From: a virus
Taxonomy: Duplodnaviria; Caudoviricetes
DNA: 64,000 bases
Virus record (IMG/VR): IMGVR_UViG_3300006930_000001
Location: 11,121-75,120 of that record
Reading direction: 5' to 3' (one strand)
Part shown: positions 40,509 through 49,307 of the stretch, piece after piece
Position numbering within the stretch: position 1 is the first letter of the stretch
How the letters are laid out: the number at the start of each line of letters is the position of its first letter
The notes under the pieces: generated by a model
The model's database searches: none
Seen by the model: the letters and a program-made list of their open reading frames with translations, nothing else
Told to the model about the DNA's origin: nothing
Made by a program: the position numbers and the translations under genes

Positions 40509-40733
40509 TCATGGATATTTCTCCAGGGAGAGATTTGATCCATAGAACACAACTTTCCCGGTCATGTTCTCCGCGATCATCTGTTTGCCACCAAACTCAT
40601 ACAGAACCGTCACGTTGCCTTCGAAGGTCACATTGATGTGATTGTTCGACTCCCGATCCATTACGTAAACGTGACCGGCGATAGCCGGGCTTGCTACAAG
40701 TCCTAACAGCATCAGGACCAATATCATCTTCAT
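40509..40733 (-). CDS. Small secreted protein
   Basis: Signal peptide MKMILVLMLLGLVASPAIA. Confidence 0.55.
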   Translation of the reverse strand: MKMILVLMLLGLVASPAIAGHVYVMDRESNNHINVTFEGNVTVLYEFGGKQMIAENMTGKVVFYGSNLSLEKYP

Positions 40734-41623
40734 ACTTCTGACTCCTGTTTTCGATCATTCATCAATTTGTATGACTCGATCAGCCTTGAAAGTCTCGAAC
40801 AGAGATCGTTGTGGGTATGGTATGATTTTTTCATCGGCTCTATTTTTCTGGCAACACCAAGAACAACTTCAAGATCTGCCACGATTTCATTGAATGATAC
40901 CGGTGTGGTCTTTCTTTTGACATACCCTGCCAGGAGATTACCGATGTCTGCTATAACTTCATCCAGGAACGTCTCACATTCCTCCATTGTTCCACGGTAT
41001 ACCTTGTTTTTCTCATATTGCTTGAAATTATTGAAGTATACTCCTTCAATCTTGAGAAATTCAAGGTTTGGATACGCTGGATCGAATCCGGTTACTTTCT
41101 TTGGGTCAAATGTATACTTTGATGCCATTAGTGGGAACATTCCCAGGATGAACCTTCTGACATCAGCAATGCAGGTGTTGTTCAGTTTATCGGATGTTCT
41201 CCATGTGGTCTCGATGTATTCTGGGTATTTTTCTGATTCATCTGGCAATGGAATGATTTCTATTTCCACTGGTTCATTCACAGTGGAATCTTTCCTGACT
41301 GCCCAGAATTTTCTACGAAGAACAATCCAGGCTATCTGATCATCCACTTCGAATTCTGGTTCTCCATCATCATCTGTTCCGGTTGCCTTGGCAAGCAATT
41401 CTTGTTCTCTCTTGGTATATTCCTCGATTGAGATGATTTCGTCTTCTGCGTTCGTGTAGTGCATAACTGGATGGATTTCCTGCACCTTTTCGATTACATC
41501 GGTGTCGGAGATGACAATGTTCTCATTTGGCACTTTTGCACCATTTACAGTGAATATTCCTTCGTAGCGTGGTATTTTCACAGTTATGGCACCATTTGGT
41601 AGTCTGAATCCTGTCAATTTCAT
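40730..41623 (-). CDS. Hypothetical protein
   Basis: 297-aa ORF. Confidence 0.7.
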   Translation of the reverse strand: MKLTGFRLPNGAITVKIPRYEGIFTVNGAKVPNENIVISDTDVIEKVQEIHPVMHYTNAEDEIISIEEYTKREQELLAKATGTDDDGEPEFEVDDQIAWIVLRRKFWAVRKDSTVNEPVEIEIIPLPDESEKYPEYIETTWRTSDKLNNTCIADVRRFILGMFPLMASKYTFDPKKVTGFDPAYPNLEFLKIEGVYFNNFKQYEKNKVYRGTMEECETFLDEVIADIGNLLAGYVKRKTTPVSFNEIVADLEVVLGVARKIEPMKKSYHTHNDLCSRLSRLIESYKLMNDRKQESEV

Positions 41624-41820
41624 ATTATTCGTTCCTGGTGATTGTCTGCTGTGTTCTGTGTAATTGGAAAGTCAAATTTATTATCTGCTGCGTAGTTACA
41701 TACCATTGAAAGTAGTATAACCTCAAATGGTGCATTTTTAATTCTTGCAACAGTAGAAATGAAATTGTAGGCTTCTACTGGAATTTCTACCAGAACATTC
41801 ATTTCAGCATCCTCATCCAT
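41620..41820 (-). CDS. Small protein, possibly ribbon-helix-helix
   Basis: VLVEIPVEAY...ARIKNAPFEVILLSMV. Confidence 0.45.
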   Translation of the reverse strand: MDEDAEMNVLVEIPVEAYNFISTVARIKNAPFEVILLSMVCNYAADNKFDFPITQNTADNHQERII

Positions 41821-41944
41821 TCAGGGATTAACGGAGAATAGGATCCCCCGCGTTCGTCAAAACTTTTCTTCATCTGGTAGACTTTCCAGCCACACCAGAA
41901 GAACATCAGGAATATGATAATTCCTGCAATCAGCATTGGTTCGA

Positions 41945-42283
41945 TCATTTGGTCACATCCCAGATCATCATTGCGTAATTCGCTATGTCTGCACAGGTTT
42001 TCTTGATACGTTCAGCATCTCTGGATTGGATGGCATACGTAAGTTCTGTGATGTTTCCAATCATTCTTCTATGCAGAATTTGTTTGTCTGTATCTTTCCA
42101 ACCAGGTTTGTGATCGTTTGCAGACAATTCTCGTTCCATTGCGGTTATGAATTCATATACCGAAGTGCGTATGGTATAACCAGTTCCACAGCAATCTGGA
42201 CACGTTTCAAAATCTGTATGTTGGCCAGTTCCGGTAATTTCCTGAACTTCTCCTCTTCCTTCACAGGTTTTACAAATTGGCAT
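41945..42283 (-). CDS. DnaJ-type Zn finger fused to MazG-like all-alpha NTP pyrophosphatase
   Basis: CKTCEGRG/CPDCCGTG, then MERELSANDHKPGW...EL..AI...CADIANYAMMI. Confidence 0.55.
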   Translation of the reverse strand: MPICKTCEGRGEVQEITGTGQHTDFETCPDCCGTGYTIRTSVYEFITAMERELSANDHKPGWKDTDKQILHRRMIGNITELTYAIQSRDAERIKKTCADIANYAMMIWDVTK

Positions 42284-42510
42284 TACTGTTTCTCCCTGGG
42301 GAATGAATACCGTGGTCTGTTGTAGCAGTCGGGCATTCGTTCTTTCTTGTATCGGTGATACTCGCTTGGAGGCACATCAATTGGTATCATGCATCTCCAG
42401 ATGATCTTGGCATCCTGGAAGCACCAGCATTTTCCTGTGGTGCTGTTATTACCGTGGTTGTAGTAATTGTCATCACAACCATTGCAGTAGTGTTTCTGGC
42501 TACGTTTCAT
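42283..42510 (-). CDS. Small Cys-rich hypothetical protein
   Basis: YCNGC..NYYN...CW. Confidence 0.55.
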   Translation of the reverse strand: MKRSQKHYCNGCDDNYYNHGNNSTTGKCWCFQDAKIIWRCMIPIDVPPSEYHRYKKERMPDCYNRPRYSFPREKQ

Positions 42511-42724
42511 TGTTTAATTCCCCAAGCATTGTGATTGCTATATCTCTTCCCATCCTGGATAATTTCATATCCCCAAATGCATTTTCTGCGTTATCAACAT
42601 CATCTGATTCTACAGCATCGATGATACGCTGCTTTGCCTTGATATATTCATAATCCATGCTGTTCTTGACTTTGGTAAGTCTTTCTTTGATTTCTTCGAT
42701 TGTTGCCATGTTTACCTCATGCAC
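42500..42724 (-). CDS. Hypothetical protein
   Basis: Helical, 69-74 aa depending on start. Confidence 0.5.
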   Translation of the reverse strand: MHEVNMATIEEIKERLTKVKNSMDYEYIKAKQRIIDAVESDDVDNAENAFGDMKLSRMGRDIAITMLGELNNET

Positions 42725-42811
42725 AGCAGTGATAACTGCACCATATCATTCTGCATAACCCTACCATGCCCCCAATTCCAATGAAGGCCCAAAAGATTAC
42801 TTCGTATCGTT

Positions 42812-43135
42812 TCATGATCTCCTCGGACAATTGATCAGTGTTGCACCTCTCCAGATAACAGGATAAAGGGATACAGGAATTGATGTGGATGTAATACTAC
42901 ATTGTAAGCATCGTTCGTGTTTTGTTTTTCCGAATTGAACTGCTTTGCAATGTTCGCATTTTCCACATCCATCAACCGGAGTAAATATTTTTCCTCTCCA
43001 GATTGTCTCACCAATTTTGACGAATCTGGACCAGCATGCTCTTACGGTGACTCCCCATTTCTTTTCGGTAAATATGAAGGAATCTCCGTAATATGTGTCA
43101 TGTAAGATGTCTCCATCAACATACTGTTCATACAT
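42812..43135 (-). CDS. Hypothetical protein with Cys cluster
   Basis: CGKCEHC...CLQC. Confidence 0.5.
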   Translation of the reverse strand: MYEQYVDGDILHDTYYGDSFIFTEKKWGVTVRACWSRFVKIGETIWRGKIFTPVDGCGKCEHCKAVQFGKTKHERCLQCSITSTSIPVSLYPVIWRGATLINCPRRS

Positions 43136-43346
43136 GATTTATCCTTGAATAAAGATCCCAATCCTCTGGGACCGGATGTGTTTCAAGATAGTCTTCAATT
43201 GCGCACATCATGACCAGGTTCGATTTTCCAATGATTTCCTTGATCTGTTCATCAGAATAGCATACATCCATTGTATGCCTGGCAATTTTCCAGATATTTG
43301 GAAATCGTTCTTCGCATGGTTTTTGTAATCGTTCAAGCGTGTTCAT
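43128..43346 (-). CDS. Hypothetical protein
   Basis: 72-aa ORF. Confidence 0.5.
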   Translation of the reverse strand: MNTLERLQKPCEERFPNIWKIARHTMDVCYSDEQIKEIIGKSNLVMMCAIEDYLETHPVPEDWDLYSRINHV

Positions 43347-43785
43347 ATCTCTCCCAGGTTCCGTTTGGACACTTGTTCACGTTGATAACCATTCTTCCTG
43401 CACATTTGCCACAGAATAATCCAGTGGGTTCGTATGCCCGGTCACTGCACATCTTACAGAAGTCTGTAACGTGTTGGTTAGTTACCAGTGGCTGGTGCCT
43501 GGCAGAAATCCTGTTATGTTTGTTTACCAGTTCAAGAAGTTCTGGTAGTGTCATGTGCTTGTCACATCTGATAGGATTAACATGCTGTTCACTACCAAAC
43601 AGATGATCTTGTTCTTCTGGTGTGCAATTTTCAAGATAATCATCGTATGATACCATATGGAGATTTCCATCGACTTCGAGTAACAGGAATTCATTTCTGG
43701 CAACATGAATATGGCCATTGATGCATTCAGAATACCCACATTCAGAACATGGTCGAAGTTCTCGGAGATCTCGATCTTCGATCAT
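43333..43785 (-). CDS. Hypothetical Cys-rich protein
   Basis: CSEC, CKMC, CGKC. Confidence 0.55.
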   Translation of the reverse strand: MIEDRDLRELRPCSECGYSECINGHIHVARNEFLLLEVDGNLHMVSYDDYLENCTPEEQDHLFGSEQHVNPIRCDKHMTLPELLELVNKHNRISARHQPLVTNQHVTDFCKMCSDRAYEPTGLFCGKCAGRMVINVNKCPNGTWERYEHA

Positions 43786-43964
43786 GTATATCGTTCTACC
43801 TCTTTTTTGAGTAATACGAGTCCATCCATGATTGTCCTTGCGAGGATTGTTTTTTCCTTGGTGTCAAGCATGGGATCGCTCATAAGCAGCCTTATCCCTG
43901 CAATGGACGATTTTAATTCAGTAACAACTCGTTCATTGCATTGTTCAAAATGTTCAGTGGTCAT
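43782..43964 (-). CDS. Hypothetical protein
   Basis: 60 aa; ATGA overlaps. Confidence 0.5.
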   Translation of the reverse strand: MTTEHFEQCNERVVTELKSSIAGIRLLMSDPMLDTKEKTILARTIMDGLVLLKKEVERYT

Positions 43965-44170
43965 CGAATATTACCAGCCACGATGTTACCAGAGAGTATT
44001 CCTGCTTCAAGTCCTTGGAGAGCAAGCAGTTGTCCCTCGATTACTCCACGATTGTAATCGTCCCAGGGATGTGCTGCCATTTCAATGTTCAGGAGTCCCT
44101 TTCTGATAGCAATAAACTCCATGAGAGTGTATGCCTTGTCAGACTTGCTTGCGTCTACTGCGCACTGCAT
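43961..44170 (-). CDS. Hypothetical protein
   Basis: 69 aa; preceded by a palindromic operator. Confidence 0.5.
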   Translation of the reverse strand: MQCAVDASKSDKAYTLMEFIAIRKGLLNIEMAAHPWDDYNRGVIEGQLLALQGLEAGILSGNIVAGNIR

Positions 44171-44175
44171 AGAGT

Positions 44176-44194
44176 AGTATTACTGCGTAATACT
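44176..44194. promoter_or_regulatory. Operator AGTATTAC-TGC-GTAATACT
   Basis: Same arms as 30540; 5 nt upstream of ATG 44170 and overlapping a TATA-like TTTAAGTA on the minus strand. Confidence 0.7.
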
Positions 44195-44206
44195 TAAAAA
44201 AGGTTA

Positions 44207-44431
44207 CTATGGTAATTTGAACGGGACCCAGAATAATTCTACAAATCCCATTGTAAGAATAAACCATATAGCACAAAATACAATTATGAATGCGTATGTT
44301 GGTGTGTTCATTTCTTGATCAAGCCATCTCCTGAACGATTCAAGAATCATAGAGAATGGTATGAATAGCAAAAATACAACAATCGCGCATCCAAGATACT
44401 TTACGATGAGATAAGCAAGTTCAAGGAACAT
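44207..44431 (-). CDS. Two-TM membrane protein
   Basis: Two hydrophobic helices. Confidence 0.55.
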   Translation of the reverse strand: MFLELAYLIVKYLGCAIVVFLLFIPFSMILESFRRWLDQEMNTPTYAFIIVFCAIWFILTMGFVELFWVPFKLP

Positions 44432-44835
44432 TATTCCACCATGAATTCACAGTCACGTTCGATATTTCCACCAAACTTTCCTATCACAAATCCCACGATT
44501 GTAATCCAATCAAGTGGATTAAGAATAAAACATAGGTTTTTGTCATCAATGTAGATGTCTGCACTGATTTTCCTGCAGTCGGTCTTGTAATAAATCTGTC
44601 TCTTTACACAATTTCTGTTAATATGGCAGAATTTTACATTATTGGCAATAAGCCATCGGATCATATTGGCTTCTGCCTCTCCGACTCTGCAGGAATTGAT
44701 AATGATACAATGTCCTGATTTATGGAGAGCATTTACACCAGCGATTGCACCTGGCACTTCTGGACCAATTCCTGGCCAATGTCCGTCTTCAATCAGAATC
44801 CCGTCGAAGTCTACTGCTATAATTGCCGTTCTCAA
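44431..44835 (-). CDS. HAD-superfamily hydrolase (phage type)
   Basis: IIAVDFDG motif I; ADIYIDDKN motif IV. Confidence 0.8.
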   Translation of the reverse strand: MRTAIIAVDFDGILIEDGHWPGIGPEVPGAIAGVNALHKSGHCIIINSCRVGEAEANMIRWLIANNVKFCHINRNCVKRQIYYKTDCRKISADIYIDDKNLCFILNPLDWITIVGFVIGKFGGNIERDCEFMVE

Positions 44836-44877
44836 TCACCTCCAGGTCAAATTCGCTGATAACATCTGCAGCGTAGT

Positions 44878-45114
44878 TTATCTTCCAATCGCCCATGTGC
44901 CATCGATCTTTTTACGGAGAATGTCCGCAGTTCCTTTCAAATGCATGTTCATCTGAATTTCTTTTCCATTTACAACTATAATCCCCCTTACATCGGCTTC
45001 TGCAATGAGATCGATGGTCTTTCTGTCGATAAATGTGCCTTCTGGGTTTCCAATAGCCTTATTCAATTTGTCCGCCTGTATACGGATCACTTTTGCATGT
45101 ATTTCGTCCTTCAT
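44878..45114 (-). CDS. Hypothetical protein
   Basis: Likely start MKDEIHAK. Confidence 0.45.
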   Translation of the reverse strand: MKDEIHAKVIRIQADKLNKAIGNPEGTFIDRKTIDLIAEADVRGIIVVNGKEIQMNMHLKGTADILRKKIDGTWAIGR

Positions 45115-45724
45115 TTCGATACTTCGTAATTGTGGTCCTGCTGATGCCAAGAACTTTTGCTGCCTCGGAGATCGTGCTCTCGGGATTCTCCTCAAAATAT
45201 TCCATGACTTGTCTGAACTTCTCGGGATCGGTTCCCAGGGAAACATGGACCACTTCTGTTTTGGTTACTGGTTCCCCATTGTTCAATACCTCTACAATTT
45301 GTGCAGTTGGCACCTGTTCAATCACCTGTTCAGTGGACAAATCTGACCTGATGCACATCATGAACAGTTCAATACTTACACAAAGGGTTACTGGTGCCAC
45401 CGCATGTGCTGCTTGGCTGATGATATCGGGTGGACTGTGGATGATGTTGAATACCATACTGATCAAGGTGAACACAATTAGAACTGTCCATCCAACCATA
45501 GTAGACTCCATTCTAATGGACGATCTCAATATCATCAGACTACCAGAGATAAGCAGGGCATCAATACAAACAGGCCATAGCCATGATAACCAAGGAATAA
45601 TACCTGCATCAAGTGCTGTTGCCTGCAGGTTAAAAAAACTAAGGAGAAATGAACAGACAGCAATGATCAGTGTTGCCACACCGGTAAGGTTAGGGATGAA
45701 CTGTTCAAACTGTTGCAGGTTCAT
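45059..45724 (-). CDS. DUF2637-like membrane protein with C-terminal HTH
   Basis: SFLLSFFNL, LWPVCIDA, SMVFNIIH, AVAPVTL; C-terminal TISEAAKVLGISRTTITKY. Confidence 0.7.
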   Translation of the reverse strand: MNLQQFEQFIPNLTGVATLIIAVCSFLLSFFNLQATALDAGIIPWLSWLWPVCIDALLISGSLMILRSSIRMESTMVGWTVLIVFTLISMVFNIIHSPPDIISQAAHAVAPVTLCVSIELFMMCIRSDLSTEQVIEQVPTAQIVEVLNNGEPVTKTEVVHVSLGTDPEKFRQVMEYFEENPESTISEAAKVLGISRTTITKYRNEGRNTCKSDPYTGGQIE

Positions 45725-46088
45725 TCAGCCTAATCCTCTTTTCCTTCTTGTTGAAGTTGGTCTGTTTCAGGATCCCACATTTGATGGATTCATCAACCAT
45801 CTGCCGCGCCCTCTGTTGACTACAATTGGTGCAGTCTGCTACGATGAGAATACAATTGGTCCTGGTAATGTATCCAAGATGTTCCATGTAATTCTTGATT
45901 CGCTGGTCTTCTTTGAAGATAGTAGCGATATCGTTGTAGCGTTCGGGTGCAATCGAGCGCAGGTATTTCCTCCAGCCTGTTACGAGATGTGGCATTTGAT
46001 TCATCAAATAACTGACCACTTCTCTATCGAGAACGGAATTTTCCAGTGTCTCGATGACTTGTTTTGATGGAAATTCATCCATACACAT
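45705..46088 (-). CDS. Winged-helix DNA-binding protein
   Basis: IVADCTNCSQQRARQMVDESIKCGIL wHTH pattern. Confidence 0.5.
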   Translation of the reverse strand: MCMDEFPSKQVIETLENSVLDREVVSYLMNQMPHLVTGWRKYLRSIAPERYNDIATIFKEDQRIKNYMEHLGYITRTNCILIVADCTNCSQQRARQMVDESIKCGILKQTNFNKKEKRIRLNEPATV

Positions 46089-46117
46089 AATTGTGGATCT
46101 ACAAGGTATAAATAACC

Positions 46118-46136
46118 AGTATTACAAATGCATACT
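46118..46136. promoter_or_regulatory. Operator AGTATTAC-AAA-TGCATACT
   Basis: Between TATA (TATAAATA, 46107-14) and ATG 46140 in a divergent promoter. Confidence 0.65.
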
Positions 46137-46139
46137 ACG

Positions 46140-46292
46140 ATGAGACTACGATGCACAGAATGTAGCGTGGGACCCTGCACATTGGATGTCCCAAATTGCA
46201 TGGATCGAACAATGTTCATGGATTGTCCTGCAGCACATGATACCGGTATGGATTGCGGTGTAGATTGGGAAGAGATAGATGGAATCGAATGA
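46140..46292 (+). CDS. 50-aa Cys-rich protein
   Basis: MRLRCTECSVGPCTL...; below the ORF-track cutoff; follows TATA and operator. Confidence 0.5.
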   Translation: MRLRCTECSVGPCTLDVPNCMDRTMFMDCPAAHDTGMDCGVDWEEIDGIE

Positions 46293-46400
46293 AGAACCCA
46301 GGCGTGAGTATCCTGTAGGACATAAACCTAAAAAGGTTGATTATGTTGAGGATGCCCCAGATGAATGGGGTGAAATATAAGACCTATGTGATCCAACAGA

Positions 46401-46721
46401 ATGGTAACAACCATGACCAAAAAGACTGGATGGAGATCGATCAAAGGTAATGTGGTCAAAGTTTATGCCACGCTTACTGAAGTAAAAGTAAACCTTGATA
46501 GAACAAGATACAAGGTTAAATTGCCTGTTGACAATTCTATAACTATTTTGATACCAAATGAATCTATTTCTGTTGACCAGGGGTATCAATATGTCGAAAT
46601 TGAAGTTTTTAACAGAATTGCCAAAGATGCATTGTTTAAACTTGGAGAATACCTTATCATAAAGCAAGGTGAATCACCTGCTCTTGTGAGATCCGAATTT
46701 ACGGAAGTATACATAGAATGA
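46401..46721 (+). CDS. Hypothetical protein
   Basis: 106 aa beta-rich. Confidence 0.55.
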   Translation: MVTTMTKKTGWRSIKGNVVKVYATLTEVKVNLDRTRYKVKLPVDNSITILIPNESISVDQGYQYVEIEVFNRIAKDALFKLGEYLIIKQGESPALVRSEFTEVYIE

Positions 46722-46842
46722 TATGCCAGTGGTTGAGTAATTCTGGTGAATGCAATCTATTTTCAAAACAGGATAAGGAAGATCCATTGCTTGAAAAACT
46801 TGATTGTGATAAGAATGGTATATGTAAAAAAGGAGATATAGA

Positions 46843-47142
46843 ATGTATTTAGGAAAAATTAACTGTCCAGATTTGGACGATGATGGTAATCCAATCTATT
46901 ATTTCAATGTAAGTGTTACAGCGAAATGTTGTCAGTATTTTGTTGTAAAAAAGGCAGCAACATATGACGATCATGGAGTAGTTCAACCAGGTGTGGTTGG
47001 ATTAGTATATTTCAAATCGCAGGAGTATATACCAAGATCTCTTGAAAATTGTGCATCTATTCTTGAACTTGCTTACAAATCATTGTTTGGCAAGACCGGA
47101 GATTTTTATGGATGGTTTTTGTCCCAGGTGAAAGCATTATGA
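46843..47142 (+). CDS. Hypothetical protein
   Basis: 99-aa ORF. Confidence 0.55.
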   Translation: MYLGKINCPDLDDDGNPIYYFNVSVTAKCCQYFVVKKAATYDDHGVVQPGVVGLVYFKSQEYIPRSLENCASILELAYKSLFGKTGDFYGWFLSQVKAL

Positions 47143-47657
47143 TGCTTGTGGCATTGGATATAAACAGGGCATCCGGAGTAAAAGTTTATTCGATGGTAGA
47201 TCAGGAATACAAAGAGATGGAACTTTCATTTTCTGCAGTATCTGTTCTGTTTCGTGTAGCAATGATGATGCAAGAACAGGGTTTTAGATCTACGTATCTT
47301 CCTGAAGAAATACAAAAATTTAGAGATATTGCTTTCCTGAATAGTCCAATGGGACCAGCATACTTCGAACCAGAAGAACATAATTATAATATTAAATTGA
47401 GTACGTTCTCATTTAATGTGGAGAAGTTATTCAAGTTGATATTGCCAGAATTGCACAGGTATGCAGAGAAATATTACTTGCATCCAAATTTCATCATACT
47501 TGGTGGTGATTATGTTGCCAGACTCCTGGAACGACAAGAAATGATACCAGAAAGGATACGATTCAATTTTACATCGATCAATGCATGCCTGGAACTTGCT
47601 CCTGATTTCCGTGGCATATACGTTACCAGAGTAGAGAATCCTGGTGAATTCAAATGA
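47112..47657 (+). CDS. Hypothetical protein
   Basis: About 170-181 aa ORF. Confidence 0.6.
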   Translation: MVFVPGESIMMLVALDINRASGVKVYSMVDQEYKEMELSFSAVSVLFRVAMMMQEQGFRSTYLPEEIQKFRDIAFLNSPMGPAYFEPEEHNYNIKLSTFSFNVEKLFKLILPELHRYAEKYYLHPNFIILGGDYVARLLERQEMIPERIRFNFTSINACLELAPDFRGIYVTRVENPGEFK

Positions 47658-47817
47658 ATATAATACTTAAAGTGGTATACAGGGATGGAAGGGAAGAAAT
47701 TATTGATGATGTTTACCAATACAAAACAAGTTTTGGATGGTTAAATATTATAACTGGATTTCATGTTCATGGATCAAAATCTATACCATCTGATTTGATT
47801 GCATCTGTGGAGCAGGT

Positions 47818-48441
47818 ATGACTTACTCAATCCTCTACGTTGATTGTCCCTGGCAATACAAAGACAAAGCTAATGCGGGTAAGCGTGGAGCAGAACACAA
47901 ATACCAGTGCATGTCCCTGGCCGAATTGATCGGAATGCGTCCATATATTGATTCTATTGCGAACGACAATTCTGTCATGTTCATGTGGGCTACAGGACCA
48001 ATTATGCCAGATGCACTAAAGGTAATGGAATATTGGGAATTTGATTACCGGACCATTGCGTTTACCTGGATCAAGACTAATCCGAAAGGGACCGGGAGAT
48101 CCCTGGATACTGGCCAACCATTGTATCTTGCCACATTCCTTAATCGTGAAGGAGAAATTGATACATATGGTGATTTCCTTGGTATGGGTAATCATACCAG
48201 GGCCAATGCAGAATTTGTTCTTCTTGGTGTGCGTGGTAAAGGATTACAAAGAGTAAATAATTCTGTGCGCTCTACAGTTATATCCCCTATTAGAGAACAT
48301 TCCAGAAAGCCTGCAGAAGTAAGAACTGCAATAGAAAATCTATATGGTGAGCAGGAAAGGATAGAATTGTTTGCCAGAGAGGTTGTTTCTGGTTGGGATG
48401 CTCATGGATTAGAAACCGACAAATTTAAATCACCAGAGTGA
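47818..48441 (+). CDS. MT-A70 family N6-adenine methyltransferase
   Basis: YVDCPW (DPPW variant), LFMW-like FMWAT, F.WIK, HSRKP, IELFAR. Confidence 0.85.
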   Translation: MTYSILYVDCPWQYKDKANAGKRGAEHKYQCMSLAELIGMRPYIDSIANDNSVMFMWATGPIMPDALKVMEYWEFDYRTIAFTWIKTNPKGTGRSLDTGQPLYLATFLNREGEIDTYGDFLGMGNHTRANAEFVLLGVRGKGLQRVNNSVRSTVISPIREHSRKPAEVRTAIENLYGEQERIELFAREVVSGWDAHGLETDKFKSPE

Positions 48442-48678
48442 TAATATTGTAATGTGGCACAGACGGAGAGTAACTACTGATACCAGCATCAACGTCCGTC
48501 TGTGTTAATAACTGATGAAAAATTGTTGTGTTGTGCCTCTGCTTCGGGTCAAACCGTTGTGGAGGTATTGGCCGGGTAATAACCGGCACTCCGAGTTCAG
48601 GATTGAGCATGACAATCCCCCTAACAACATGCACATAAGTCGGGAAATTGCCTGCAGGGACCAACCCTCCCTGTTATT

Positions 48679-48776
48679 GCCCCATTCGACAACTGGATGT
48701 CCACAGAAATGTGCCAGGGATATTATATCGATCACTGATATTCTTGGAACCACGGTTCGAGTCCGTGGATGGGGTC
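48679..48776 (+). tRNA. tRNA-like element without a normal anticodon arm
   Basis: Acceptor GCCCCAT/ATGGGGT, D-arm GACA-ACTGGA-TGTC, T-arm CACGG-TTCGAGT-CCGTG; between D and T arms a CACA-GAAA-TGTG hairpin and a 10-bp hairpin. Confidence 0.5.
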
Positions 48777-49029
48777 TGTCCATCCGTATAATCCAATTTA
48801 ATGATCTGGTATCCATTCCAGTGAGTTGCTTGGAGTTGGACCGCTGTGAATTAATCGGTAAATAAACAGCATGCGTTGTAGGAGTTCCGTAAACCTTCCG
48901 CCTTTGCTGGTTGTCGTGTTACATCAACCAGAAGTTAAGATGGTTGCTATAAACCACTCGTATATGATTCCGACGCACAGGGATCTATGGCAGTAAACTC
49001 ACAATAGGCCATTGTGTTCTGCCGTAACA

Positions 49030-49069
49030 ATGAGGAACGACTGCGATGGTTCAATTCCATCCCCTCGTT
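49030..49069 (+). ncRNA. tRNA-like minihelix (acceptor plus T-arm only)
   Basis: ATGAGGA...GATGG-TTCAATT-CCATC-CCCTCGT with only an 8-nt linker. Confidence 0.45.
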
Positions 49070-49116
49070 ATCCCTGACTGCAGCAGGGCGCTGGCCAGCG
49101 TTTTGGTCCAGCAAGT

Positions 49117-49225
49117 AGCAGATAGGTGACGAATTGGTCAAGTCAAATCGTGACTGTTATCAAATGCATCCCTGGTAACAAGATGGTTCCCAAAGGGTTC
49201 GTGGGTTCGATTCCCACATCTGCTA
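49117..49225 (+). tRNA. Leu-type (class II) tRNA-like gene with a hairpin insert in the anticodon loop
   Basis: Acceptor AGCAGAT/ATCTGCT, D-arm TGAC..GTCA, variable arm TCCCAAAGGGTTC as in archaeal tRNA-Leu, T-arm GTGGG-TTCGATT-CCCAC; anticodon not assignable. Confidence 0.55.
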
Positions 49226-49307
49226 TCTCCCTGGTCCAGTGACAGGGAAAACTTAAAGGAGAATCCTGAAAATGTTACGGCGGATCGGGAGTCACTGGTC
49301 CGAACAT

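Noticed and set aside
48512-48518. CTGATGA as a hammerhead core or C box
   Set aside because: No stem II or GAAA in hammerhead geometry; no convincing partner D box
48425-49141. ORFs 48425-48664, 48505-48816, 48515-48865, 48947-49141
   Set aside because: Unprotein-like composition; they overlap tRNA-like and stem structures
49117-49225. Suppressor/pyrrolysine tRNA or stop-codon recoding
   Set aside because: No CUA/UCA anticodon in position; long genes are intact under the standard code
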